Shown here one piece after another: positions 26,098 to 38,900 of a stretch of DNA of 64,000 nucleotides. How positions within the stretch are numbered: position 1 is the stretch's first letter; every line of letters begins with the position of its first letter. Where the stretch lies: contig NC_086107.1 in NCBI RefSeq assembly GCF_963921235.1, positions 94,304,001-94,368,000 on the forward strand, written 5' to 3'. The notes below the pieces were generated by a model. It saw only the letters and a list, made by a program, of their open reading frames with translations, did no database searches and was not told the DNA's origin. The DNA comes from Mobula hypostoma (taxonomy: Eukaryota). A program made the position numbers and the translations under genes.

Positions 26098-29000
26098 AGA
26101 CCACACGACATAGGAGCAGAATTAGAACATCGAGTCTGGTCCACCACTCCATCGTGGCTGATCCATCATTCCTCTCAACCCCAATCTCCTACTTTCTCCC
26201 CATTATCTTTGACACCCTGATTAATCAAGAATCCATCAACCTTTGCCTTCAATACACCGAATGACTTGGCCAACACAACCATCTGTGGCAATGAATTCCA
26301 CAGATTCACCACCCTCTGCCTAAAGAAATGTTTCTTCATCTGTTTTAATTAGACATCTCTCAATTCTGAGGTCTCTGGTACTAGACTCCCGCACTATAGG
26401 AAACATCCTCTCCACATCGTTGGGAGTTGAGTGGGATCCGTGATCAGCCATGATGGAATGGCAGAGCAGACTCAATGAGTTTAATGGCCTAATTCTGCTC
26501 CTATGTCTTATGGTCTTATCCACTCTATCCAGATCTTTCAATATTCGATAGGTTTCAATGAGATCCCCCCATCAATTCTTCTAAACTTTAGCGAGTACAG
26601 GCACATAGCCATCAAAAACTCCTCATATGTTAATTCTTTCATTCCTGGGATCATTATCATAAACCTCCTCTGGAGAATCTCCAATGCTAGCACATCTTTT
26701 CTCAGACAAGGGGCCCAAAGCTGCTCATGATATTCCAAGAAGACTTCGACCGGTGCCTTACAAAGCCTCAGCATTACATTCTCGCTTTTGTGTTCTAGTC
26801 CTCTTGAAATGAATGCTAACATAGCATTTGCGTTCCTTACCACCTAGTTAACCTGGAAGTTAAGCTTTAGTGAACCCTGCACAAAGACTCCCAAGTCATT
26901 TGTGCCTCTGACTTTTGAATGTTCTCCCTGTATAGAAAATAGTCCTCATCTTTATTCTTTCTACCAAAGTGTATGACTGTACACTTCATACTATATTCCG
27001 TCTGCCACTTCTTTGTCCATTCTCCCAAATCTATTTAAGTCCTTCTGCCGACACCTTGCTTCCTCAACACCACCCACCCTTCCACCTATCTATGCATCGG
27101 CTGCAAATTTGGCCACAAAGCCATCAATTCCTTCATCCAAATCATTGTCATACAACTTGAAAAGAAGCGGTCCCAGCACCAACCTCTGGAACACACCACT
27201 AGTCACCAGTAGCCAACCAGAAAAATGCCTCCTACTAGTCAGCCAATCTTCTATCCATGCTAGTACCTTTCCTGTAATACCACGAGCACTGATTTTGATA
27301 AGCGACCTCATCTGCGGCACCTTGTCAAAAGGCTTCTGAAAATCCAAATAAACAACATCCACTGGCTCTCCTTGGTCCATTCTGCTTGTTACTTCCTTGA
27401 AGAAATCCAACAGATACGAGAGGCAAGACTTCACTTTGAAGAAACCATGCTGACTTCAGCTTATTTCATCATGTGCCTCCAAGTACTCTGAAACATCATC
27501 CTTAATAATGAACTCCAACAGCTTTCCAAGCACTGAGCCTGTAATTTCAAGTCTTCTGTGTCCCTCCCTGATTGAAGAGTAGACTGGCATTTGGAATTTT
27601 CCAGTCGTCAGGAACCATTCCAAAATCTAGTAATCCTGGAAAGGTCATTACTAGTGCCCTCACAATTTCTTCAGCTACCTCTTTCAGAACCCTGGAACAT
27701 AGTCCATCTTGTCTAGGTGACTTATCTACCTTCAAGCTTTTCAGTTTCTCAAGTACTTTCTCTTTAGTAATAGCAATGACACTCACTTCTGGCATTCTGC
27801 TAGAATCTTCAACAGTGAAGACTGACACAAAATACTTCTCAAGTTCGTCTGTCATTTCTTTGTTTCCACATTACTACTTCTCGCACATCATTTTCCAGCA
27901 GTCCAAAACCCATTCTCCTTTGTTTTACTCTTTATATATCCGGGGGGAAAAAAATTAGGTATCCTTTTTGTTACTGTTGGCTAGCTTACATTTATATTTC
28001 ATCCTTTTTCTCCTTATAGCTTTTTTTTTAATTGCCTTGTGATTTTTAAAAGCTTTCCAATTCTCTAATATCCCACTAATTTTTGCTGTATTATAAGCCC
28101 TCTCTTTTGCTTTATGCAGTCTTTGACCTCCATTGCAGGCCCCAGTTGCCTCATCCTCCCTTTAGAATACTTCGTCTTCGGGATATATCTATCCTGCCTC
28201 TTCTGAATTGCCCACAGAACTCCAGTCATTGCTGTTCTGCTGTCATCACTGACAGTGACCTTTTCTAATCAACTTTGGCCGGCTCCCCTTGCATGCTCCT
28301 GTAATTCCCTTTACTCCACTGGAAGACTGATACATCTGACTTTATCCTCTCTCTCTCTCTCAAACTGCAGGATGAATTCTACCATATTAGGATCACAGTC
28401 TCCTAAGGGTTCCTTTACCTTCAGCTCCTTAATCAAATCTGCTTCATTACACAACACCCAATCCAGAACTGCTGCAAGCTACTCTAAAAAGCTATCTCGT
28501 ATGCATTCTACCAATTCCTTCTCCAGATCCAGCACCATCTAGATTTTCCCAATCACCCTGCATATTGAAATCCCCCTTGATTATCACAGCATTGCCCTTT
28601 TTTACATGCCTTTGCCATCTCCCATTGTAATTTGTAGCCCACATCCTGCCTGTTCGCAGACCTTTATATAACTCTCATCAGGGTCTATTTATCACTGCAG
28701 TTTCTTAACTCTACCCAGAAAGATTCTACATCTTCTAATCCTATGCCATGTCCTTCTAAGGAGTTGATTTGATTTTTTAAACCAACAAAGCCAGACCACG
28801 CCTCTACCTACCTGCCTGTCCTCCTTTCCAATGTGTATCTTTGAATGTTAAACTCTCAGCTATGATCTTCTTTCAGCCATGATTCAGTGATGCCCACAAC
28901 AACATACCTATCAATCTTTAATTGCGCTACAAGATCTATCTTATTCTGTATACCGAGTGCATTCTAAAACCTCCAGTCCTGTATTCATCACACTTTTTGA

Positions 29001-29650
29001 TTTTGGTCCCCTCTTACACTTTAACTCATCCAACTGACTGCACTTTTGGCTCAATCCACATTGCATCTACTTGTATACCAACTGCCCCATCCTCAGCCCT
29101 ATCCCTCTGGTTCCCATCCCCTTGCCAAGCTAGGTTAAACCCTCCCCACGAGCTCTAGCGAATCTGCCCACAAGGACATTGGCCCTTCGGGTTCAGGTGT
29201 AGCCCATGCTTTTTGTGCAAGTCATACATTCCCAGTAGAGATCACAGTGATCCAGAAGTCTGAAACCCTGCCCCCTGCACCAATTTCTCAGCCACACATT
29301 CATCTGCTAAGTCATCCTATTCTTATCCTCACTGGCATATGGCACAGGCAGCAATCCAGAGTTTACTACCCTGGAGGTCCTGCTTTTCAGCATTCTGCCG
29401 AATTCCCTATATTCTCTCTTAAGGACCTCCTTCCTTTTCCTACCTATGTCATTGGTACCAAGGAGCTGCAGTTCAATGCACTTTGTACTGATGTAGTTAT
29501 TAGGGATTCTGGAGGTTTCCAGAAGTTCCCACATCTCTAGCTGTGTACGAACAAAGAAAAAACAACTTATTAGAAACTTTCTTTCTTACTTACTTAGAAC
29601 CTCTGCCTGTTCTCGCCCAAGCTGGTTGAGACACAGCTGGATCACTCTAA
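26098..29650 (-). mobile_element. Near full-length degenerate CR1 LINE (ORF1 SGNH-esterase-like + EN + RT)
   Basis: ORF1 remnant GTNDIGRKRKEVLKREY..SRVVNSGLLPVP; RT remnants YLDFQKPFDKVP and AKFAADA; many stops and frameshifts. A ~100-bp opposite-strand CR1 tail is inserted at about 26419-26518. Confidence 0.88.
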
Positions 29651-30469
29651 CAATGCCCCCACTCCAACAATGGTCATGTGACTAATTAACCCACTAATCA
29701 ATACAGCCCTTTTCTTGCAAGCATTTACAGGGGGGAAAATAATAAAATAGAGTTTATGCTAAGCTATACAAAAACAAAGACTGACAAAAGACTGAGGCAT
29801 TACAATGACACATCTATACATAAACTTCCCTTGGTGCTATTCAGAAGAGAGGCAGGAATTCTCCACTATGATCCTTTACCACATTTGATCACTTTTATTG
29901 TATTACTATACAGCACAGTTACAGACCCTTCCAGCCCAATGAGCCTGAGCTGCCAATTACACCCACGTGACCAATTAACCTACCGACCCGTACATCTTTG
30001 GAATGTGGGAGGAAACCGGATCACCTGGAGGAGACCCATGCAGTCACGTTAAGAAGGCACAAACTCCTGAGAGATAGCAATGGGAGGTAAACCCAAGTCA
30101 CTAGCATTGTGATAATGTTACACTACCGTGCTGCCCCAATTACATGAAAATTGTTTCTGGCACTTTGACATATTCTACCTTTCTTAAATTACAATAGCTT
30201 CTGGCATCTCAAAAGTAGTTGACTGGCTATAAAGCATTTTTGGATGTCCTAAATTGTAATATCGTTTGAATACATACACAGTGCAGAATTAGCCCTTCCT
30301 CTGTATCCATCTTGCAATGCTAGATGTAACACAAGAAAACAGGAGCAGGAGTAGACCGACAGACCCTTCAAGCCTGCCACACCATTCAACTGATCATGGC
30401 TGATCTTTCTGGCCTCAACTCCCCTTCTATTCCACTTTCCTCTAACCCTCAATTCCACCATCTTTCAAA

Positions 30470-31285
30470 TACATAGGGTTCAGGCTAATTGGGCCATCAG
30501 TTAATTGCAGAAGGCGCTTATTTGTGGTATCTCAAGAACAAAGACAAATCAAGAAAGTAGCGAGAATTCCCTCCACTTATTTGGTACACTATTCCACTTA
30601 ATTGGTACAGGAGACTGTTACCAAAGTTTCTAACTGGCGTCAGCCCTGTGCAATGTGCGGCCATTAGACACTACACCATGCTTAGAAAGAACAATTTTTA
30701 AATAGCGTCAATTGCAAGTGTTTGTGTTTAAAAAGCAGATTTTTGTAACTGATAGTTGGCAAGAAATAAGCAGTAAGACAATTCAGAACTGTTTTACTCA
30801 CTGCAGTTTCAAGCAATTAGGCTTGGAGATGCCAGAAAGGGGCTGGGAGTAGAAATGATTTTGCTACTTCAACAAGTTAGGAACTACAAAGAATTTGAAG
30901 GCATTGACAATCACTTTGAATGATACAATGAGAATGAAGATATAGAGGATGCAATCATCGAAAGCAATGTAGGAAGGCAGTCCATAATCTGCACTGAGTT
31001 TGCTCATTTAGTCAATCAAAAGAACACGTCTGTGTACACTGGATGAATTCCTCTGTCAATAATAATTAAGAACTAGTACAGCTTTATAATACTGAAGTAG
31101 TATTGGTAGTATTATAATTTACTCTGTATTTCATTTAAATACAATTTGTTACACAGTTAAATAGTAGCTTTTTTTTTTATACCTTGTAACTATTTCCCTG
31201 AAACTTTGACTTATTGGGGCAGTCTCTTAAATAGAACAAAATATATTTGTTCCCGTGTGTCCCAATTAACTGGAACCTGCTGCAT
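30470..31285. mobile_element. Tigger/pogo-like non-autonomous DNA transposon
   Basis: Degenerate inverted ends ggctaattgggcc and tcccaattaactgg, with internal repeats of the motif. Confidence 0.55.
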
Positions 31286-31449
31286 TTAAATCTCTTTACC
31301 TTTCCTCCTTAAATATACCTAATCATCTGGACTCTACCATATTCGGGAGCAGAAAATTCCAAAGATTCACAACTCTTAAAGAAATTTCGACGTAGCTCAA
31401 TTTTAAATGATCAGCCCCTTGTTTTTGTTGCTATGTCCTCTCATCAACT

Positions 31450-32200
31450 CCGGCCTGAGGAGCGACGCTGACCTGCTCCAGTTTGCCTACCATCACAACA
31501 GGTCAGCAGCAGGTGCCATTTCATTGCCTCTTCACTCAACCCTGGAACATCTGGACAGTGAAGATGCACACATCAGGATGCTCTTCAATAACTACAGCTT
31601 GACATTCAATCTTATCCTCCACTCAAAGCTAATCAATAAGCTTCAACACCTCTGCCTCAATACCTCCTTGTGCAGCTGGGTCCTTGATTACCTCACCTGC
31701 AGACCCTAATCAGCTCAGATTGGCAAGAACATCTGCTCCACAACTCCATCAGTACAGGTGCACCACAGGGCAGTGTATTCAGACCCCCAGCCGCTCTACT
31801 CACTTTATACTTACGACAGCAAGGCTAAGCACAGCTCCAAGGCCATATTTAAGTTTGCTGATGACACCACTGTCTTTGGCTGAATTAAAGGTGGTGATGA
31901 ATCAGCATACAGAAGGGAGACTGAAAACATGGCTGAGTGGTGCCATAACAACCACCTCACAACCGATGGACCCACTTTCAACAACTCTTCATCCCATGCT
32001 CTTGAATCTTATTGCTTGCTTGTTTGTTTGTTTATTTATTTATTTATTGTATTTGCACAGTTTTCCATTTTTTTGTACACTGGTTGAACGCCCAAGTTTG
32101 TGCAGTCTTTCATTGATTCTATTATGGTTATTATTCTATCGTGGATTTATTAAGTATGTCTGCAAGAAAATGAATCTCAAGGTTGCATTGGTGACATATA
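31450..32200 (+). mobile_element. Rex1/Babar-type LINE fragment
   Basis: DLLQFAYHHNRS..AISL.LH..LEHLD...RMLF is typical Rex1 RT; similar to 50139-50420. Confidence 0.8.
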
Positions 32201-32269
32201 CACACACACACACACACACATATATACATATACACACACACATATATATATACATACACACACACACAC
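32195..32269. repeat. Compound (CA)n/(TA)n microsatellite
   Basis: Direct inspection. Confidence 0.95.
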
Positions 32270-32664
32270 TTTGAACTTCTTTGTGACTGCCCCACTTGGG
32301 TCCTTCAACAACACTGAAGTAACAATTTCATGACAACAGAGTGCACAGTCAAAGAAATAAACCCAATAGATCATAAATAAATTGCGCTCGGTTAACAATG
32401 CCTTACCTCAGGAAGATGCAGCTGAGGCGCAGTTCAGAAAGAATTACCAAAATGATTCCGGGGAAGAGAGGCTTTTGTTATACAGGCAATAAGCAATGAA
32501 TAAAAAGTTGATCAAAGTATTTCCAGTTCATTGATATGACTTGTTATTGCAGAAAGAAAACATTTTCTGTGCAGAGGGATTATTTCAGTGTAAGAAACAC
32601 TGGTAGAGAAAGATCAACAGGAAGGTGTCTGGACAGTGATAGAGGGCACAATAAAACTTTTCCA

Positions 32665-33050
32665 TAAGACCTTAGCACATAGGTGCAGAATTAGGTTGTC
32701 CAGCCCATCAAGTTTGCTCCAGTATTTGACCATGGCTGATTTATTATCCCTCTCAACCCCATTCTCCTATCTTCTTCCCATAACCTCTGACACCTTAACT
32801 AATAAAGAACCGATCAACCTCTGCTTTAAACATATCCAATAACTTAGCCTCCACGGTCATCTGTGACAATGAATTCCACAGATTCACCACCCTCTGGCTA
32901 AAGAAATTCCTCCTCATCTCTGTTCTGAAGGGACATTCTTATATTCTGAAGCTGCATTCTCTGGTCCTGGACACTCCCATCATTGGAAACATCCTCTGCA
33001 CATCTACTCTACGCTATCTAGGCCTTTCAATGTTCAGTAGGTTTCAATGT
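32665..33050 (-). mobile_element. CR1 3' fragment
   Basis: gaattccacagattcaccac motif (VVNLWNS on -) and CR1 3' UTR. Confidence 0.8.
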
Positions 33051-33154
33051 GAAATTATTCAATAAGAAATTATTTCTTCTAAATTCTAGTGGAATATCAT
33101 TTTGCATTGATTATACTTGGGACTACGGTTCAGCAACGACACAGGTGAGAGGCA

Positions 33155-33376
33155 CCTCAACATCACCTTTGTTGTGTACATACATCTACCGATGCTTCTG
33201 GACACATTTTCAGTGATGCTCCTGGAATCATCGGGTGTTTCGGGTCTTTCAACATCATACAACCTCCTCCAGGTGATCCAGCCGGGGCTGATCAGACCCC
33301 AGCTTGTGTCCAGATGGCCAGTTACTTATGACTCCATGGCTCCCCTCTTTTGAGCCACAGCCATCTTGAGGCCCTG
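33155..33376 (-). mobile_element. 3' end of an R2/Hero-type (RLE) non-LTR retrotransposon with 51-bp flanking duplication
   Basis: Minus strand reads RASRWLWLKRGEPWSHK* then ctgatcagccccggctggatcacctgg...gttgaaagacccgaaacaccc, which I recognise as a Hero-like 3' end. Direct repeats at 33104-33154 and 33377-33427. Confidence 0.75.
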
Positions 33377-35049
33377 GCATTGATTATACTTGGGACTATG
33401 GTTCAGCAACGACACAGGTGAGAGGCAGGTGTGATCTCTCAACTGTCTGTGCTATAATTGAGTGAACCTACTATTCCCTCTGTTCATAAGAAGGAAGCGA
33501 CAGGAAAGGAAGGAAGAGGCAAGAGAAGTACTCCTAGGTGGGAAACAACACCTTTGTAGCAGCCAACACAAGTCACCACCGGTGATGTTTACGTACAAAC
33601 AACCTTAAGGTTTGAACAGTTTGCTCTTAAGACAGTCAAACAGATAGCTTTTTCAGGTAGCGTGGTAGCATTGCAGTTAGCATAAAGCAATCACAGAGGC
33701 AGAGGCAGCTATGAGACTGCAGTTCAACTCTTGGAGTTAGAATTTCTTATGCCAGAAGGTAGCGAATCTGTGGAATTCATTGCTGCAGACAGCAGTGGAG
33801 GCTAAGACATTGGGTACGTTTAAAGCAAAGGTTGATAGGTTTGAGTAGCAAGGGTGTTAAAGGTTATGGGGAGAAGACAGGAGAATAGGGCTGAGAGGGA
33901 GAACAAATCAGCTGTAATGAAATAGTGGAGCAGATTTAATGAGCTGAATGGCCTAATCCTGTCCCTATGTCTTATGAATCTTATGACATTTACACATTCT
34001 CCTTGTGATCGCAAGGGTTTCCTTCATTTTCCTTCCATATTCCAAAGGCGTACAGGCTAGGGTTAGTGAGTTGTGGGTGTGCTAGGTTGGCGCAAGAAGC
34101 ACAATCCTTATCAATTTGATTTGTCACAAACAACACGTTTTACTATACGTTTCGATGTATATCGGACAAATAAATCCAATCTTTCAAAAAGAATCATGAC
34201 CAACTTCAGCACATTGAAATCCCTTAGTTCTCAGCAGTATTTTATGCTTAAGACTCTCCAAAACAATCCCACAAACATCAAAAAAAAATTTTTGGAATAA
34301 ACTGCTGTGATTTTCCACTCTCCACATTTAGGAACAAGAAATTATTTTTACATTGTTCCTCCTTTACAACAGGAAGGTTTTCATAAACCCTTTTTTTTGT
34401 TTCAAGTTCTAGATAAAAGTCATCAAAGACTAAACTACCCCAAATAGGGACTAACTTCTGCAAAGTGCAACGAGAAATGAATTACTGCATTCCTCAATAT
34501 AAATCTAGCTCTGACAACTCAGCTGACGAAGGCAGTGAACAGCTGAGTCTTAAAAAGGAAAGTCCCAGGCCCTAAATGCCTGTGTCTGATACATGAGCTA
34601 ACTTGAGTCAGGATGGTAAATCAGAAGTTGCTAGCCAGCACCTACCAGCTAGGGAAAGGATGCGAGGGTGGAGTGGGATTCCTTCCTGGGCATCTTGTGA
34701 TCTCCTTTTAGAAATTTTGCTCTTAGCTTCGGGGCAGAAAAAAATAATAAACCAGGCTCACATTTCTTTGAAGGAACAAGCAGTCTGTGGTATTTTCAAT
34801 GTAAACATTACTCCACCGTCGAGGAAACCTTGAAAAGAAAATGCCTCAAGAAAACATAATCCATCACTAAGGACCCCCACCTCCCCCACTGTCTCTTCTC
34901 ATTACTACCATCAGGCAGGAGGTACAGAAGCTTGAAGGAGCACACAATGTTTTAGGTAAAGTTTCTTCCCCTCTGCTATTAGATTTCTGAATGGTCCATA
35001 AACATTACCTCACATTCTTTTTGCTCTCTTTTTGCACTAGTGTTAATAT

Positions 35050-35290
35050 TTACAATAAGAGAAAAACAACTCAAGATTCCTAGGACACATCATGCAGAAA
35101 GATGAACTAGAAAAACTCATACTCTCTGGAAAGATTGAGGGGAGTAAACCTAGAGGAAGACCTTGGCTTATGTACATCAAAAGCATAGCCAGGTGGCTAC
35201 ACATCAAGGAAATGGAATTCATCCAAAAAACAAAGCATAAATCTACATGGAAAACCATGGTCACCAAAGTCTGCATCAGATATGGTACCT
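35050..35290 (+). mobile_element. RTE-clade LINE 3' fragment
   Basis: QLKFLGHIMQKDELEKLILSGKIEGSKPRGRP is a typical RTE C-terminus. Confidence 0.75.
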
Positions 35291-35564
35291 AGACAGTTTA
35301 TATTTACACTATAACAATAACAACTTTGGAAATAATTCAAAAAATCTTGGGGCTTGGGTGGTTACTGGTTTGGTTGAGCTGCCCTCCAATCTTGGTCATT
35401 CATTTGCAAGCATTTCGTCACCATACGAGGAGACATCATCGTACACTGTTAATTGTGGTGTGTGCTCCAAATGCTCGGCCTGTATACACCTATCAATCAG
35501 CTGATTGGTCACCATTATGGAAACTATTTATAGAGCACTTTTCCTACAGATCTAGTTCAATGGG

Positions 35565-35975
35565 ATAAAAGTACAAGCATGAACATGAAATAAAAATAAA
35601 CATGAAAACAAAAAGATGCTAGTTAAAAGCAAGGTTAAATAAATAGGTTCTAAGCTGGAGTTTAAGTGTCAACTGAGTCTGCATCCCTATTAGATGTAGG
35701 TATTGAACTCCACAGTCTAGGACTGCAGCTCAAAAAAGCTGACCTGCCAATTTATCTTTTACGGAAAATTGTTTAAATTTAAGAGACCAGCAGAAGACCC
35801 GAGAGTGATATCTTCCCCCATCCAGGTTTTGCTTAAAAGTGTAGCTGTGGATAGTCTGAATGAGTTGAAGATTGTCAGTAGATTGTTTTGGAAGGCCAGT
35901 CAAAAGAGCACTGCAGTAATCTAGCCTATTCAATATAAAGGCACAAATTAGTTTTTCAGCATCATTATGTGACAT
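35565..35975 (-). mobile_element. L2-clade LINE 3' fragment
   Basis: DAEKLICAFILNRLDYCSALLTGLP..LQLIQ matches the L2 SRLDYCN motif. Confidence 0.78.
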
Positions 35976-38900
35976 ATGTTTCTTTATTATAATTTATAGT
36001 ATGCTTTATATAGTCTACTGAAGTGCTGCTGCAAAACATTTCACGTGCAAGTCAGTGATAATAAGCCTGATTCTGATTCTCAAGCATTTACCACAACAAA
36101 AGGAGATCTAGAGAGGCAAACTTTAAACTTAAGTAAACTTGCTAAAAGAAGAAAAAAGCCAAAAAGTAAGAAATGAAAGTGTGTGAATTTTTGCCTTTAT
36201 GGTTGTGAAATGTCTTAGAAAATCACCCTGACTCTGTAGAAACGACTCTCAATATCAATTGAGCTGGCGGTTCAAGGCTATATGTCCCTATAGAACAGCG
36301 ACCAGTACAGCATAGTACAGGCCCTTCAGCCCACCATGTTGTGTCAACTTTTAACTGATGGATATCAATCTAATCCTTCACTCCCACATTGCCCACAAGT
36401 TTTCTTTCATCTATGTGCCCATCTAAGATTCTCTTAAATATCGCTAACGTAACTGCCTTTAACACTATCCCTGGAAGTGAAAATGACCTGAAAATTATGC
36501 CCTCTCATATTAGCCATTTCCGCCCTGAGAAAAAGTCTCTGGCTGTCCACTCAATCTATGTCTCTTATCATCTTGTATATTTCTATCAAGTCACCTCTCA
36601 TCCTCCTTCGCTCCAAAGAGAAAACCCCCAGCTTGCTCAATCCTGGAGGGGCAAGGCTTGCAGGGCCTGATGACTGACCTCCTCTGCTGTTTTCTTGTTT
36701 TGGGATGGGTGATCTGGTGTCAACTCTTTACAAATAGTAACAAGGAACTGGCTACCAGAAACGGTAAAGAGGCACATTACAGAGCAGCTGTGCCAAAGTG
36801 CTTTACCAAACTGAAGGGCCTTTTACCATAATCTACACCTCTATATCCCCATCACACACCTTTATTCAAAATGGTTGTTGACCTATCTAGTATGATAGTG
36901 TAGTGGGTAGTGCTTGTAGCTCTCACTCTCAGCTTCTAGCACTGGCTAGCAGTTTTGCGAAAAAGAGAGTTGAATGTGCAAGTCTCTCCCTGCCAGTTCA
37001 TAGTTTCTCCAACAGCAAGCCTCATGTAGTGCCTCCTCACTGGTGGCATGTAGAAACTGAACTCCTTTCGGACTCGAGCTGAACTACAGAGGATGGGGGG
37101 GGAGAAGGTCTGGCCCCTGCACACATAGTACACTGGTGTGTGGACACAACCTGGTGCTTGTGATCCAGCTCCCCAGCAATGGGTAAATAGCCCCACTGCC
37201 TTGTCAGCAGCCTCAGGAGAGACGAAGGCTACAGGAATAAATCCAGACAGAAAATCCTGAGTGGAGACCCAAAGGTAGCTGGACATCACTGAACATCCTT
37301 CCGGAAGCTCCTGCAGCCAAGCTGGTGCTTCACAAGCTTTCCTTTTCCACTGGTGAAGCCGAGAGAGAGATCTTGGCTACTGGGCATCTCAAGGTCTCCA
37401 TACCTTCCACACAGGCTTGTGATGATGTTGATGATCACCCACTGTCCTTCGAAACAGATGGATGCTAACCAACCCACACCTTTATTCATGTTCCTGTACA
37501 CCAGAGGTTCCCTCAGTTAATGGCACAGGTCCATGACATAAAAAAAAAGGAGTTTACACTAATCTGCTGCAGATGAAGGGTCTCAACCCTAAACACTGAC
37601 TCTCACTTCCCTCCACAAATGCTGCCGCACCTGCCGAGTTCTTCCACCAGTATTATTTCCGGCTCCTTTTCCTAGCTCACATCAAAAGCACATGGGTCAG
37701 CTAGAAAACATTTGCTCCACACTATAACATATGTTCCCTTGTTCTGAACAGCCTCCCCCTCTTTGCAACTTTGAAATACACCTGCTTTCTCAATTGGAGA
37801 CAAAGGAGACTGCAAATGCTGGAATCTGGAGCAACACACAAGATGCTGGAGGAACTCAGTGGGTCAGGCAGCGTCTCTGGATGAAAATGGGCAAGTTTGG
37901 TCGACAGTCTTGGTCAAGGCAGAAGGATAGAGGGGAGATAGCCAATGTAAAGAGGTGGAGGAAAGGGGTGGAGCAAGATGGGTGGGTCCAGGTGAGAGAG
38001 GTAATAGGCAGATGGAGGAGAGAGGAGAGTGGGAATGATATCAGAAGCTGGGAGGTGATAGGTGGAAGTGACAAAGGTATGAAGATGATGGAATCTGATA
38101 GGAGAAGGGCAAAACATGGAATAAAGGGAGGCAGGAAGGGGAACCAGTGGAAGGAGTTAGTGTGTAATGGGCAGGTGAAGAAAGTTGAGGGTTGGAAGGA
38201 GACATGGTGATTGGTCTTGGGGGGGGGGGGCAGACAAATCAGCAGAGTAAAGGACAGAGTAAACTAAAACAGAGGGGATAACTTCACACCCCCAATACTG
38301 AACTGATTCACCAGCCTAGGACTCACGTTCAAGGACTCTATAACTCATGTTCTTAATGTTATTTGTTACTTATTTAATATTTTTTTGTTCTTTTTGTATA
38401 GTATTTGTACATTTTGTTGCCTTTTGCACATTACATTGGTTGCTTGTCCATCTTGTGTGTAGTTTTTCATTGCTTCTATTATGTTTCTCTGTATTTACTG
38501 TGAGTGCACACAAAAATTGAATCTCAGGACAGTATATGATGACATAAACATTATTTAATAAAGTTACTTTGAACTTTAAAGGTTTGTTGATCGAAAACAT
38601 CAACTCCATTTCCCCTGCATTGATGCAGCCTGACCTGCCAAACAGCCTCAGAATTTTCTGTTTTTATTTCACAATCACAATAACCAGCTTCTGTGAACAT
38701 TCATCCAGTTTTTAAAATGCTGTAGCAATGACCACCAATACCACAGATTTTTATCTCTCACAGTAGTTTGAAAGATACCTTATCAAAAATATTCTGAAAG
38801 TCTAAGTCCATACAAACCTAGTAACACCCCCCGTAAAACCGTCTAAAAGCTGCATCACAACTATTCTGATCATCAAATCCTCTGCCCTGCTGATCACTAA

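Noticed and set aside
32277..32308. KDPSGAVTK on the minus strand, resembling the start of POLD1 exon 21 (DPEGAVAH)
   Set aside because: Similarity ends after about 6 residues, runs into a repeat tail and microsatellite, and has no acceptor in the required phase.
33104..33427. Direct repeats with a spacer as a CRISPR-like array
   Set aside because: Only two repeats, the spacer is a retrotransposon end, there are no cas genes, and the DNA is vertebrate.
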